Assembly: GCF_006345805.1 (NCBI RefSeq)
Contig: NC_042998.1
Coordinates: 111,104,001-111,168,000 of the forward strand
Direction: 5' to 3'
Length of the DNA stretch: 64,000 nucleotides
Source of the DNA: Octopus sinensis
Taxonomy: Eukaryota
Shown: piece by piece, positions 38,701-51,598 of the stretch
How positions within the stretch are numbered: the first letter of the stretch is position 1
How the letters are laid out: every line of letters starts with the position of its first letter
Notes under the pieces: model-generated
Told to the model about the DNA's origin: nothing
Database searches by the model: none
Seen by the model: the letters and a program-made list of their open reading frames with translations, nothing else
Made by a program: the position numbers and the translations under genes

Positions 38701-39660
38701 TTTATATTGTGGTGGAAAACTGGAGTTTAGGATTTTAAAGAAAATATATATCAGTATACTAGTATGTATATATATATACATATATATATTTTTGTGTTTA
38801 TTTGTCTGTGTGGGGTTGAGTGGGTTTTTGGAGTATATGTTGAGGTTTATATGTATGTATTGGTATGTGTAAGTGGTGTGGGTATTTGTATATGTCGTGG
38901 GTGTGTGGTTTACGTGTGTGTATTTGTGTGTGAATGTTTAGGTTAGGGGGATTGCTATATAGGTTTGTTATAGAGTTTAGTAAAGGGAGATTTTATCATT
39001 ATATGTTTTTATGAGTTTTTGGTTTATCATGATAGGTTTGTTAAGGAATTCGTAGTAATTTGTGTCTATTTGCGATGTCTGTTGTTTTATTGCATTGTTT
39101 CATTCATAATTTTTAAGTAGTGTTCGTTTTTACCAAGTGAATATAATTTTTAATTCCATTTATTCCATTTCTCCGTTCATAGTTTTGAGTGATGTCCGTT
39201 TTCTAGAGCGTGAATGTGGGTTGTATGTGTGTGTGTGTGGGAGTATGAATAAGTATTGTGTTGAAGTATTTAGCTATTTTATTTATTTATAGTTGCCTAG
39301 ACGTTTTTATGTGTATGTATAGGGATATATATATAGGTGTGTGATTTAGTGTATGTAGTTAAATATGATTATATATAATTAGGTATATGTGTATGGGTGT
39401 ATATATAGTTTATTATTATATTATTATTATTTTTTTGTTTTGTTTTATATTTTATATTTTATATTTTATATTTTATATTTTATAGTTTATATTTAATTGT
39501 TGATAGGTTTTTTTTAGTTTATATATTGTTTATATATTGATTATATATGGATTATATATAGGTTATATATGGATTATATACTTATATTTTTTCATTCATA
39601 CTTTAATATTTTAAAATTATTATTTTTATATTTTAAAATATTGATTTTTTAGATTGGAAG

Positions 39661-39704
39661 TCCACCTGAAGATTGTCGATCAAGACAAGAAACGATTGTA
39701 GTGG
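39661..39704 (+). ncRNA. Minimal type I hammerhead ribozyme motif
   Basis: ccac-CTGAAGA-ttgtc(gatcaa)gacaa-GAAA-c(gatt)g-TA-gtgg: full core, 5-bp stem II, 4-bp stem I, GUA cleavage triplet. Confidence 0.75.
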
Positions 39705-39802
39705 CGGTTTTTTTGACTATTTATTAAAATTTTATGTATTGATTAAGTCTTTCCTTGTTTGTTTTGCAAAATAGTGGTTTTGTCTCTAATAACATTTTAT
39801 AT

Positions 39803-39835
<33 letters not shown>

Positions 39836-40960
39836 TCCCATACAGAATTTAATTTTCCTAACGTTAGCTCTTACATCAAAAATTATTGCTCATTCAGTCA
39901 TTCTTGTCATCCGGCCATCAACAGCCGTGAATCTATTCCGTCATCTTTAGCGTCAATTTCTGCTTTCCTTTCTATATTCTTATATTCTATAATATTTTAT
40001 AATTTTATTGACCCGTTTTCTCTTTCCCAATCGCTTCATTCTAAATGAAGCTGAGAATGAAAACCTCATTTCACTCCATTAAAGTCAAAGTGTTTATCGT
40101 TTATCTTCATCTTTGTTCTACAATTTTATCGTTTCACTTGCTTAGTAAGCAACTTTATATTCCCAGCCGCCTGTACGGGTAAATGTGTTATGACAATACA
40201 TTAATCTTACTGTATTGCAATACCGTGAGTTTCAACGCAAAGTGATAATGAATATGGCACCACCCATCCATCCGAGTTTATTCATCTAACGCTGAACACT
40301 GGCCAGATTTACTGCCGATCATTCCATATACACTTGCTCTTACTTTTACGCTTTGACTTTGTAGCTGAAGGGTTAAACTGTCGTATGCTTTCTCCGATAT
40401 CAGTAAGTTTTTTTTCTTCTTTTTTATATATTTTCCTCCTGAAACTGCATACTACGATCGTTAGTAGGAAACTACTAGCTTATGGAAACTTGCCAAGTTA
40501 GCAAAGAGTTTCTTTGTAAACAGTTAAATATGATTTATAAATGACTAGGTTAAGTTCTGTTATCTTTAGCGACATAAAATGCCACACTCCCTCTTTATAT
40601 GTATATCTCACTCTTTATCTTTCTTCCTTTTCTGCCTTCTGCTTTACTCATTTTCTCTTTTTCGATCTCGCTTTGTCTCCCTCTTTTTCTTATTTATAAG
40701 GGATAGCGCGACACTAAATCTCCTCTATTCCATATTTAAAGCTGAACTCTCCTTGTTATAAAAAAACATAATAAAAATAGCGTAAATACATTTCACAACG
40801 TAAAAACGCTTATCTACGTATATATTTTGAAAATATATTACATAAAGATATATTTAAAGAAAAGGAAGACCTTGTGGAAGTATGGAGAGCTATATAAACT
40901 TGTGATAGAAAGGATTATCATAATTCATTAAATTAATATATGTGTGTGTGCATAAATACG

Positions 40961-41086
40961 TACATACATACATACATACATACATACATACATACATACA
41001 TACATACATACATACATACATACATACATACATACATACATACATACATACATACATACATACATACATACATACATACATACATA
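40961..41086 (+). repeat. (TACA)n microsatellite
   Basis: Direct observation. Confidence 0.95.
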
Positions 41087-41257
41087 CACATTTATTGGTA
41101 TACATTGTATCGTGTCTGAAATGCACAAACGGCTAAATGTAATTCCAGAACGCCGTGGCGTAAAAATGAAGTCGACACAAAATATCAGTTTCAGTTCCAG
41201 TCAATTATACACGCACACATACACAGATACACACAGACACAAACACATACACACACA

Positions 41258-41333
<76 letters not shown>

Positions 41334-41447
41334 GGAGTGTGTGTGTGCATTGATATTTTTATGCTAACTTTTAACGAAAACAATTTTACGTTAAACTGAT
41401 GGGTTACTCTATACATTTGTGGAGTAAAACTTCTTATTCTTAAAAAG

Positions 41448-41531
41448 GAATAGTGTTGAGAGTGACTTCGAAGCCATTATCAGACGATGGGCTAGCAGGC
41501 CGGAAATTCGAAGTCACTGCCACCAATATTC
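41448..41531. repeat. Small palindromic element (25-bp imperfect inverted repeats)
   Basis: gaatagtgttgagagtgacttcgaa ... ttcgaagtcactgccaccaatattc. Confidence 0.7.
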
Positions 41532-41532
41532 T

Positions 41533-41586
41533 TGTTTAGCATGACGGCAGTCAAATTACTGAAACAAGTAAAAGATTAAAAGAATA
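41533..41586 (+). mobile_element. SINE family A 3' tail fragment
   Basis: agcatgacggcagtcaaattactgaaacaagtaaaag. Confidence 0.7.
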
Positions 41587-41589
41587 TAC

Positions 41590-41643
<54 letters not shown>

Positions 41644-41761
41644 CAATGCGAAGTAAATGCAAGACAAATCCCAAGAAAACAAATATATGAGTTACTATGC
41701 AGATTTACTTCGCATTGTTCAGGCCTTACCTACGATCCTTCATACAATATATTCTGTTCAT

Positions 41762-41809
<48 letters not shown>

Positions 41810-42724
41810 GTATATATATAGTAAGGAAATAGGATTATTGTCACTTGGTGAGTTGTAATGCAAAAAAGTATATATAAAATAAAGGAAGAAAAGTGCACAG
41901 GTTTACATAGTTTTAATATATTTGTTAGTATATTTTTTAAGTGAAAGAGTATTGTGTTTCTCGACCGGTTTCACTAATCATGACATTGAAATTATTGTAA
42001 TTTCGTATTTTCTTAAGAAGAGTTTATTCCATGTTGTGTATGGGGAGCTTGTGAATGAAATGAAGCAAAAAGTAGAAAAATTTGCCCACTTTTTCTCACC
42101 TACCAGCGCGAAGAAATAATTTGTGTGCATGAACGTTTAAATAAAGAAAGATAATTCTTTCAAACATACAGAACACGCCGAAATATGAACGCATAAGCAA
42201 CTTTGATCTCAGTACATTTTTTAATTCATGTTCACATGCACATCACTAAAGATATTTCATCTCACTATTTTAGCTTTTGAGTTTTTGTATATTAGTTTAC
42301 CCATTCTCCAGAAACTGAGTAACTACGTCCCCTGTCCCGTATTATAACGATCACCAATTACCTCCCCTTAGATTCTTCTACTTGTTTATTTCTTTGATTG
42401 ACAAACTCCCATACACAGCATGAACTAAAATCTTAAGAACTAAAATCTTTTCTTAAGAAAATACGAAATTACAATAATTTAAATGTCATGATTAGCGAAA
42501 GCGAAACCAGTCGATACAGTACTCCTTCACTTGTAAAATATATAAAAAATATATGAAAACTACGTAAACTGTGTGTATTTTCCTTATGTTACTACATATA
42601 TATGTATATATATATATAAATATATACATATATATATAATATATATATATATATATGTATATAGTATATATGTATATACGTATATATGTATATATGTATG
42701 TATCTATCTATCTATCTATCTATA

Positions 42725-43230
42725 TATATATATATATATAATATCCTTTGCTTTCTCGTGTCTTCCACGTGACCATCGGCCATGTTTCTTTCTTTTAACT
42801 TGTGTTTCTTCCTTTCTTTCTGATACAGCTGGACGAATCAGACGTATTCTTGCCTGTCTCCTGTACAAGCTTGCTTCTTCGCGTTCGCTACCGCATTTCG
42901 TTTAGGCTTAGCAGCCCTTCCTGTTTCTTTTCACTGTCCTGTTTTTGTTAGCAATTTTGACTTTCAGCAAGATCCCAAATTTTATTTAATTTGCTTTGCA
43001 GGAGCAACTGCTTTTTCGAAGGCGTATCTTGTCGTGAAATGCTCGAAATACGGATTAGAAAAACAGCCGACAACTGACGAACGGCCGTTCTTTATGTTCT
43101 GTGTCTTGTTTTCTATTTTTTCCTTTGTTGTTCACAAAAAAAAGTTCACATTCCGTGTATTCGTATTTCGTATTCCATATTTTCGTATTTTTGTTGCTTA
43201 CTATCTGTGACGTCCTCTGCCCACATATGC
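42725..43230 (+). mobile_element. Diverged relative of the 50577-51568 element (uncertain)
   Basis: Shares cacgtgac, ctgttttt-rich blocks and a cagccga.a...actga.ga...gttct.tgtgtc segment in similar order. Confidence 0.35.
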
Positions 43231-43244
43231 ATATGTATATATAG

Positions 43245-43435
43245 GGGAAATTTACGAAAAAAAACAAAAGACGAAGACAGGTGGTGTACAAAACAAACAG
43301 ATGTATTAGTATAACGCTCAGGAATAGAAACAGCCTTTTACGTTTCGAGCATACCCTCTTCTACAGAAAGGTACACAGAAAAAACAAGGAGAGAAAAAAA
43401 TGCGTGTAGTGGCTAACGACCTATCATGGCGACTG
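43245..43435 (-). mobile_element. Short repeat carrying a variant hammerhead-like motif (43334-43371)
   Basis: Reverse complement matches 57120-57230; a fragment of the same repeat lies at 26345-26395. Confidence 0.65.
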
Positions 43436-43606
43436 TATATATGTATATATGTATATATGTATATATGCATATATGTATATATGTATACATGTAAGTTTGT
43501 ACATTTACGTATGTATATATGCATATTTATATATTATATTATTATATGAGTGAACGCCAAGCATCCATTTCAAAATTTTATCTCTCTCCTTATATATATA
43601 CTATTA

Positions 43607-43640
<34 letters not shown>

Positions 43641-43711
43641 TGCTAAACTAGCACCAGCAGCAACCGTAGCAGCAATAGCATTATTATTACTATGATTATT
43701 ATTATTATTAT

Positions 43712-43790
<79 letters not shown>
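43607..43790 (+). repeat. (GTA)n/(ATT)n compound tract
   Basis: Direct observation. Confidence 0.9.
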
Positions 43791-43791
<1 letters not shown>

Positions 43792-45142
43792 ACAGTAGTG
43801 GCGGCGGCTGCGGCGTCCGCGGTGGTGGCAGTGACAGTGGTAGTGGTGGTGAATTTAATGGGTTGTATTCATTGTGGTAGTGTTGGTAGTGTTTGCAGTT
43901 GTGGTGATGTTGATGGATAGTATGGAGATAGTGTAGGAAGAACAGTAGCAGTAACTGCACAGCAGCGATGATACAAAAAAATATATGATGCTGAATGGTT
44001 GACTAGAATTTCTAAGCTATAGATTATGAAGTTTTAGTTCTGCCTTGTCATAAAAATTACAAAAGGAGTTTGCTATCCTGTATCTTTGTGTAAGCTTTAC
44101 AGTAAAATGATTAGATGTAATCCCTCGGATATAAAAGGCAAGTATATTTTAGCAAAGGTAACTAATATTTTACATTTTTAGAAAAAGAAAACGGATGAAT
44201 TCAGCTTACAAGAATAAATTTGCTACTGAATGAGAATTGAATATGACGCTTACTTGATGTTCAGTAAACTATTCTGTTAGAAACCGGGAATGATTATTTT
44301 TATACCTTGAATCAGTTATTGAGAAGTCAATGCAAATAATCAACATATTGGAAGTATGGTGAGGCATTATTGTTCTGGGACCACATTTACCGTTTCTGCA
44401 TTTGGAAGATGATAGAATGGGTACCAATAATTACAATTTCAGTTGGAAGTGGCAAAATATAGCAACAAAGGAGTAAGAATATCAATGCGTTTATTCTAGT
44501 ATGCACAGTAAATGCATAGTATAATGCATTCATTTAAGTTAGCGCACCAGTGATACATTATGGCCTCTCTTTCCGTTGCAGTTAAGCTTTGGAGACTTGT
44601 ACTACGCCAAGTGAGCACAGTTTTAAAAGCTGCAGCTTGCTGTTTTCCATCTTGCCCCACGGTGGATAAACGAGGATGGCGTGTCCTCTTCAAGGCAAAC
44701 GCTTGTGAAGCAAGTTTTCCCTCTCCATGTCATTGCTATTACCCAATTGAAGGTTAAAGGCCGATATAGCTGAGCATCATTGTTTTCACAGAAGTTTGTG
44801 TATATATGACCTCAAGTCACTGGAGATTTGAAATTAGTTTTTCGGATAAACTACTTTCCCAGGTTTACGAGTTCCATCCAACTTAAACAATAAGTTTAAT
44901 GGTGCCAAACCCACCATCGATTTTTCAGTGTCAGCAGAAGCAGTTCCACTTGATTTGTTAGGGGAGAACTAGCACAAGATGGTTAGGACTTCGTTCTGGA
45001 AAAAAAACTGTTGTGCAAGCCATGATAATCACTTTATTACTAAATGGAGCTTGTTTCCACTACTAAACCTCGGCTGAACAAACCTGCAATGATAATACTC
45101 AAGATTAATATGTAAATAGATGTTAATATTATGCAAGGTAAT

Positions 45143-45318
45143 ACGTTTAACGGCATTTCGTCCTTCTTTACATTCTCAGTTCAAATTCCGCGGAGGTCGA
45201 CTTTGTATTACATCCTTTGTGCGTCGAAAAATAAATACCAATGTAGCACTGGGTCTATGTAATCGGCTTTGTCCCTCTACCAGAATCCTGCAGGCCTTCT
45301 GTCACAATTAGAAAGGAA
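45143..45318 (+). mobile_element. SINE (family B, Nin-domain-like)
   Basis: agttcaaattccgcggaggtcgactttg..tt.catccttt...gtcga.aaataaatacca...cactggg..: B-box-like followed by a Nin-like central domain. Confidence 0.6.
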
Positions 45319-45954
45319 TGTTATATAGATATGTATATATGTATATATGTACATATAAATATATATGTGTGAACATATATATGCATGTGTGTGCGTATCT
45401 ATATACTGATACACACACAATCACGTATATACATATACGAGCCAAACACCCCCCCCCGCCTAGTCCAATGGACGGTGCTGAGTTGTCAAACATTTAAACC
45501 CAATTTTCTCAAAACAACTTGTCACCTTTGAGAAACACTGATTTAACCTAAATTTGAGACACCAGTAAAAGAAGAAATAAAAATAGGCTTTTTTTCTATT
45601 CCAAGGAAATACGATTTTATACTCACAAATTGAACTGAAGAGTTTAAAGTACCAATAAGTACATAGCAACAGCTGATGTACTTGCGCGTACAAATGCACG
45701 TTCCTACAGCTTATTGATCGCATTCTCATCTGGAATCGATTTTTGTAATTGTTTCAAGACTTATACACACCCTGATACTGTCGGTATCTACATATCAAAT
45801 CTGAGCGCAATCGAATGGAGGATGCGCGAGATCCTAGAAGACACACATACACACACACAGACAGAACAGATTGTATGTAATAGATATATACATATGCACG
45901 TACATATACATGTACATACATATATATATAAATAAATATAAATATAAATAAATA

Positions 45955-46372
45955 AATGGACTGTCTTCTTGTTTAATTTGGTGAATACTGCCATAATCCT
46001 TGCCTTCAGTTCATCTTTGGTGTTACAAGTTGTTTTGTTTTTCACACACACAACTGCGTCCCACACATAATAATCAAGGGTGTTGCATTGTGAAGAGTTG
46101 TGTGGCCAGATGTTATTGGTAATGTGGTCGCAGAAATTGTCTGACAGCTATGACTGGATTCTCCTACTTGAGGCATGGTACAGAATCCTGTTGCCAGACA
46201 GGGTGTCTTCCAGCAACCACCCTCTTGACTCGAGCAGCACTACCTACTCCAGCCACTTAATGTAGGCCTCCGCGTTGAGTCTGAGGCTGTGTAGGGAGAT
46301 GAATGGAGATATAACGTCGCCATCACTAGCGATCACTCCAAAAACTACGATGTTGTCTGGATGTTTGATTTT
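45955..46372 (-). mobile_element. Tc1/mariner (maT/DD37D-like) transposase C-terminal remnant
   Basis: KHPDNIVVFGVIASDG...LRLNAEAYIKWLE...LSDNFCDHIT.NIWPHNSSQCNTLDYYVWDAV...CNTKDELKARI. Confidence 0.85.
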
Positions 46373-46622
46373 TATCACTCTTCGTACACGTCCTCATATT
46401 CTACTGTCCTCAAATTAACACCAAAACTCTCTGAAATGTTTGTATTGGAGCTTCTAGCGCGAATGCCAAGCAGTACGGCATTTCATTTACAAATATTTGG
46501 CAGAGTGAATTATAAGTTGCCCAGCTCACTCTACTATACTGTGTAGCCGATAAACTCAAAAACAAACAATGTGCATGTGCGGAATTAAAAATATGAAATG
46601 GCAACAATTTACCCATCGCAAG

Positions 46623-46676
<54 letters not shown>

Positions 46677-46949
46677 CACACTCGCACACATATGTGTGTA
46701 TGTGTATGTGTGTACATATATATATATACATATATATATATATGCATGAATACGTATATAAATCTCACATGCCAATTAATAAATTCATTAATTAACTAAC
46801 CAATAGAGCGATAAAATAATGGAAATAATATATAACCCCAGTAATGGATTTCTTTTAAGCGCATTCTTACAGGAAGAGATACCTGCTGCCTTGATTTACC
46901 CCTTTCGCTATAGTAAAGTTAGCTGTACTGGAAAGCACACATGTTGATA

Positions 46950-47620
46950 CCACTAAAAGATATTGAAATTCAGGAGCAAAGCATGTCTAACTACTATGAT
47001 GTAACAAAATATTTATGTCCCTCAAAATCTACTCCATGGCGCCAGTCAAATCATCTCCTAAATGATAGGTTAGTAATTGTGGTGCCCTAAGCAGAAGCCT
47101 TCACCAAGCTCCTAAACCTCAAAGTAATGAAGAAAATTTTTGAAAAGCAAATTATCCAGCCACGTGGGTCTAAATCTTTTGGCATGTGGGGTCCTTGTCT
47201 CACACCATGCAGGAGAGCGAAAACACAGGCTACTTGGTGTTGAGGTTGAGATGATTATTTGGACTCCAGTGCGATGGTCATAAGTATCGATTGTATTAGC
47301 TTTACAAGCTTAACTCTGATTAGGGTTTCCCCAGCAGTTGAGAGGAACGCTATACACCTACTGTTGGACCAAACTGACTTGCCCCTAGTTTTCATGTAGA
47401 TATCAATGCCATTCTAATGTTGATTTATTAATTCTTGCTTTCATATTCTTGCTTTCATATTCTTGCTTTCGTTTGCACTCTTAAAGATTTTCCTTCAAGG
47501 TGTAGTGAAATATTATCCGGCCCAGGAGCGTTTGAGGTATCTTAAGGCTTTGGTTAATTTCAGGCGAAGTTGGGGATAGGTGAAGAGAGTGAATAAAGGG
47601 CTGTTCCCAAATTTACTATA
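46950..47620 (-). pseudogene. RTE-clade RT remnant (contains a 14-bp x3 tandem at 47431-47472)
   Basis: APGPDNIS; RGKSVWSNSRCIAFLSTAGETLIRV (cf. KGD..CSNYRGISLLS.AGKILAR); ALES. Confidence 0.6.
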
Positions 47621-48799
47621 AACACAAAATAGTAGAGTAACGGATTAACTGTTTCTTAGTATGCTCAGAGAATTGCTACTTGTTTTATCTATCTTGTCTG
47701 TTCACATGTCACTTGAATTTTGTTAAAACTATCGCACAAACGTGAAGCTGCGTATTTCTGAATTTAAGGAGGAAGTCTTAAGAAAAAAATCTGTTAGATG
47801 TTTTAAAACTGGAAATCGACCAACACCAAAGTAATTTTTTTACCAGATTCCACTACAAGGCTAAATGTTTACGGTGATATATTATTACTTCTAGGTTCCA
47901 TAGAGAATTTGTAAGCTAAGAATGCGCTTGTCTGTAAAATAGTTATTACGTAAAGATAATATCAGCTAAGTCAATAGAGGGAGAAATAAGATTAGAAATA
48001 CATATACAGATAGTGAATACATGGGTGGAAATAAGACAGCAAGAAACAATACGACGCCGACATTAAACACGGTATCCACTTAAGATATAAGGTCCTAAGA
48101 ATTATTCACGTATAATGTAAGAATTTTTCACAAACACGAATTGTATAAGATATTAAGAAAATATACATCAGAATGTTCTCTTATTGAAATTGACATAAAC
48201 TCATAGCAAGTAAATATTGCACAGCATAGTTGAATGTAGTAGGGAATAGATTTATTCTTTTCTCAAGAAAATGAATAATACCAGCAGCAAAATAACCACA
48301 CTATAAATATATACAATGAAAATCATCTGAAATTACTGACTTGTTAAAAAACTAATACCCTTCGTTCGCTTCTAACAGAGCAGGTATTTAGACAGGTAGC
48401 ATAACACACCATGCAATTTTATCACCAAGATATCTCTCCGTGAGAATTCGATCTCGTAGAAACAGTAGCAAAATACATTTGTCACATACCGTATTGGCTT
48501 AAAAATATAACTGAAATCTTTATTAACAAAAGTTGCAACACAGTATTCTTTTGAATAAGCATATATAAATCATATACGATATGTTTAATAATTTGGTGTG
48601 ACTGTAAAAATATACTGTGAGCAGGTATCAACCTTTGCGGTAGTTATGAGGTGGGATTACGTGATGTAATTATGGTCTTCTCAAGATTCATTGAAGTCTC
48701 ATCCACAGAATTTACGGAAAGGAAGCAAGCCAAAACACTTGATTGTAAGCGAATATCATTTTATCTTTACCTAGCGGAATATCCAAAATATGATATCTG

Positions 48800-48966
48800 A
48801 AGGGAGAGAAGGCTACCCTAGTATTTGGTTGCTACTCATTACAGCTGAGTACACTGAATCAACATGAAATGAATAACTTTATTCATGGAAATAACATGTC
48901 ACTTGCTCCAAGAACCGAAACCACAATCACGCGAGTCCATTATTCTAACCACTGGGTCATGTGCCC
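48800..48966 (-). mobile_element. tRNA-derived SINE (family C), 5' part
   Basis: Reverse complement gggcacatgacccagtggttag (A-box-like)...ggtttcggttc...gagcaag...cagtgtactcagctgtaatgagta. Confidence 0.55.
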
Positions 48967-50149
48967 TAAACCTAATAGAAAAGGTAAGAAACTGCTACTA
49001 GTGCAATATCATTTACCTAGTGCAAGTTGAAGGGTGGGTTTATTCACAAAAGCACTAACATGGTTATTTTGAATATAAACTCAAAATTTATATATAAAGT
49101 CAGATTATACGTTAATTAAATATCTGTAATATTAATTAATTTACAGGCGAGTGTATACAACAATATAACACGGATGCATTGTGTCCAAATAAGAAGACAT
49201 GGTGGTGATGACTGGATGTGATCAAAGATCTACTCAATTTGAGATGACCTTAAATTATTCAACAACAGTAACAGCAACAACGCATTGAGCCGAAGATTGA
49301 GCCTTTATCTGGTTTCAGTTCCTCTTTGAATTATCAAACAAATGCCCATCTAATTACGCTTTGCTCACGATTAAAAACTGAGAAGATGGCTAATGTAACA
49401 CTGTATAGATTACATCTGCGAAAGATGATTGTACATGAGTAATTTTTATTACAAGATTACATGATCAAGACTAACAGGGTGTAAATATCTTATTACCATC
49501 ACAAACTATTGCAGGAACATCTGCATCTTCTCTCGACCCAATAGAAACAGAAAAAATATTTCTTTTAAATAATACGCTTCCAACTTTAACAAATCAAACA
49601 ACCATTGGATAATATAGTCAAGTTAACAGCTAGCATAGTTATACCTATCAAAGCATTTCTCCTAGCACGTATCATATTATGTACCATAGCATGCCGCATC
49701 AAAAATATCATCAGTTCTATCCTGGTGTATTCCTTCACGTGCATGAATGTATCATACTTCTACAATGGGATGTACAATAACATGTGTCTTAAGTAAAATA
49801 GCACAATTTGTACCGTGTATCAGAATATGCTTCATTCTATATAACATTACATATGCATAGTGTGTAGAGTAACACATAAAATCAATAATGATCTAGGAGA
49901 AATAGCTTGATGATATGGAGGAGAATATGTTTCCAATTACAGGTTACGAACTAAATGGATGATACCTGTAATTCAAAGTTGGGAAATGATTTAGATAAAA
50001 TTGTATCTACAAGATAGTTTCTATACACATTTAATCAGTTGCTTATATCATGTGAATGCATTGTAAATGAGTGTATTAATCTCGTTAACTAACTAATATT
50101 AAATGCACAAACACACATTTAACCATACAAGTTTACATGACAGTGTGGA

Positions 50150-50561
50150 GGTGCAGGCGTGGCTGTGTGGGGGCAGGCGTATCTGTGTGGAGACGCAGGC
50201 GTGACTGTATTGTAAGGAGTTTACCCCCCAATCACATTGTTCCGGGTTTAGTCTCATTGCGTAGAAGCTTGGGGAAGTGTCTTCTACTAGAGCTTCGGGC
50301 CGCCAAAAGCCATCTGAGTGGATTTGGTAGACGGAGGCTGAAAGAAGCCCGACGTGTGTCAGTATTTGTCCCCCATCACCAATTGACAACCGGTGTTGGT
50401 GTCTTTACGCGCCGTAACTTAGTGGTCCGTCAAAAAGAACCGTTAGATTAAGTACTAAGCTTAAAAAGATAAGTCGTGGGATCGATTTATTTGACTAAAA
50501 TCCTTCAAGGTGTTCCAGCATGGCCGCAGTCAAATGATTGAAACAAATAAAAGAATAAAAG
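50150..50561 (+). mobile_element. SINE (family A), diverged, with triplicated 5' head
   Basis: Three gcaggcgt..ctgt heads at 50150, 50171 and 50191, then body and tail matching 34813-35210. Confidence 0.85.
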
Positions 50562-50576
50562 TATATATATATATAT

Positions 50577-51561
50577 CCAGGGGATCTAATGCGCTTGGCT
50601 TAGATTTCCCTTGGCGGGCCGGCCATATCGGAGCAATCTCAAGATTAATCAGCCGAAATTGCTAAGATGATCTGGTTCTTGACTGATGACTGAGGGCTTC
50701 GAATGTCCCGTCCTGTGGTTCTTGTGTCGTCTCTGTGGTGTTTCATGTTCTTGTCCATGTCTGTATTTAATTTTACTGTTTACCTATATAATCGGCGGCT
50801 ACGTATCCACAATTGTCCTTATACGATAAGTATATTTTTTTCTCAGCTTTGATACGACTCTTAATCTGTCTCTTTTTCTCTCTCTCTCCCTCCTCCCTTA
50901 TTCCACTTCCGTTCTTTCCCTCTCCATCCGTCCCCCCCCCTTTCTACGTTTCTCTATCTCTCTCACCTCCAGCCCCCTCGATCTGTCTCTTTCTTCTTCT
51001 CCTCCCTCGTCCACCTTCTCTCCCTTTTCATCTGTCCCTTTCTCCTGTCTTTTGTTCTCACGTGACAGCTAGCCGCTGTTGAGCGCTCTTTTCGTTTTCA
51101 CAGCAGCCTCAGAAGCAAACGTATGTGTTCGTCTCCCCGTGGCCTTTAGGCACAACTTCACAAGCCAGCCCCTACTCAAATCGTCCTGTCGAAAGACCCT
51201 TGTCCTACGTCCTGTTTTTGTTTTGTTTTTTATTTTTATTTTTACGTTATTGTTTTTACGTTTTTGTATTCTTATTGGTGTCACGTATTCTGTATTTTTG
51301 TTTGTGTACTTCGATCGTTTTCCGTCCTTTCGTTGTATACATTCGAAGCTTTCTTCCAGGGGATCTAATGCGCTTGGCTTAGATTTCCCTTGGCGGGCCG
51401 GCCATATCGGAGCAATCTCAAGATTAATCAGCCGAAATTGCTAAGATGATCTGGTTCTTGACTGATGACTGAGGGCTTCGAATGTCCCGTCCTGTGGTTC
51501 TTGTGTCGTCTCTGTGGTGTTTCATGTTCTTGTCCATGTCTGTATTTAATTTTACTGTTTA

Positions 51562-51568
<7 letters not shown>
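50577..51568 (+). mobile_element. Non-coding partial-tandem (pLTR-like) element: 213-bp identical direct repeats, 779-bp monomer, flanked by (TA)n
   Basis: 50577-50789 = 51356-51568 (ccaggggatctaatgcgc...actgtttacctatata). Confidence 0.8.

Positions 51569-51598
<30 letters not shown>

Noticed and set aside
50630-50720. Hammerhead in the 213-bp repeat (agcaat/attgct stem, GAAA, CTGATGA)
   Set aside because: The elements are in an order and spacing that cannot form stems I and II.
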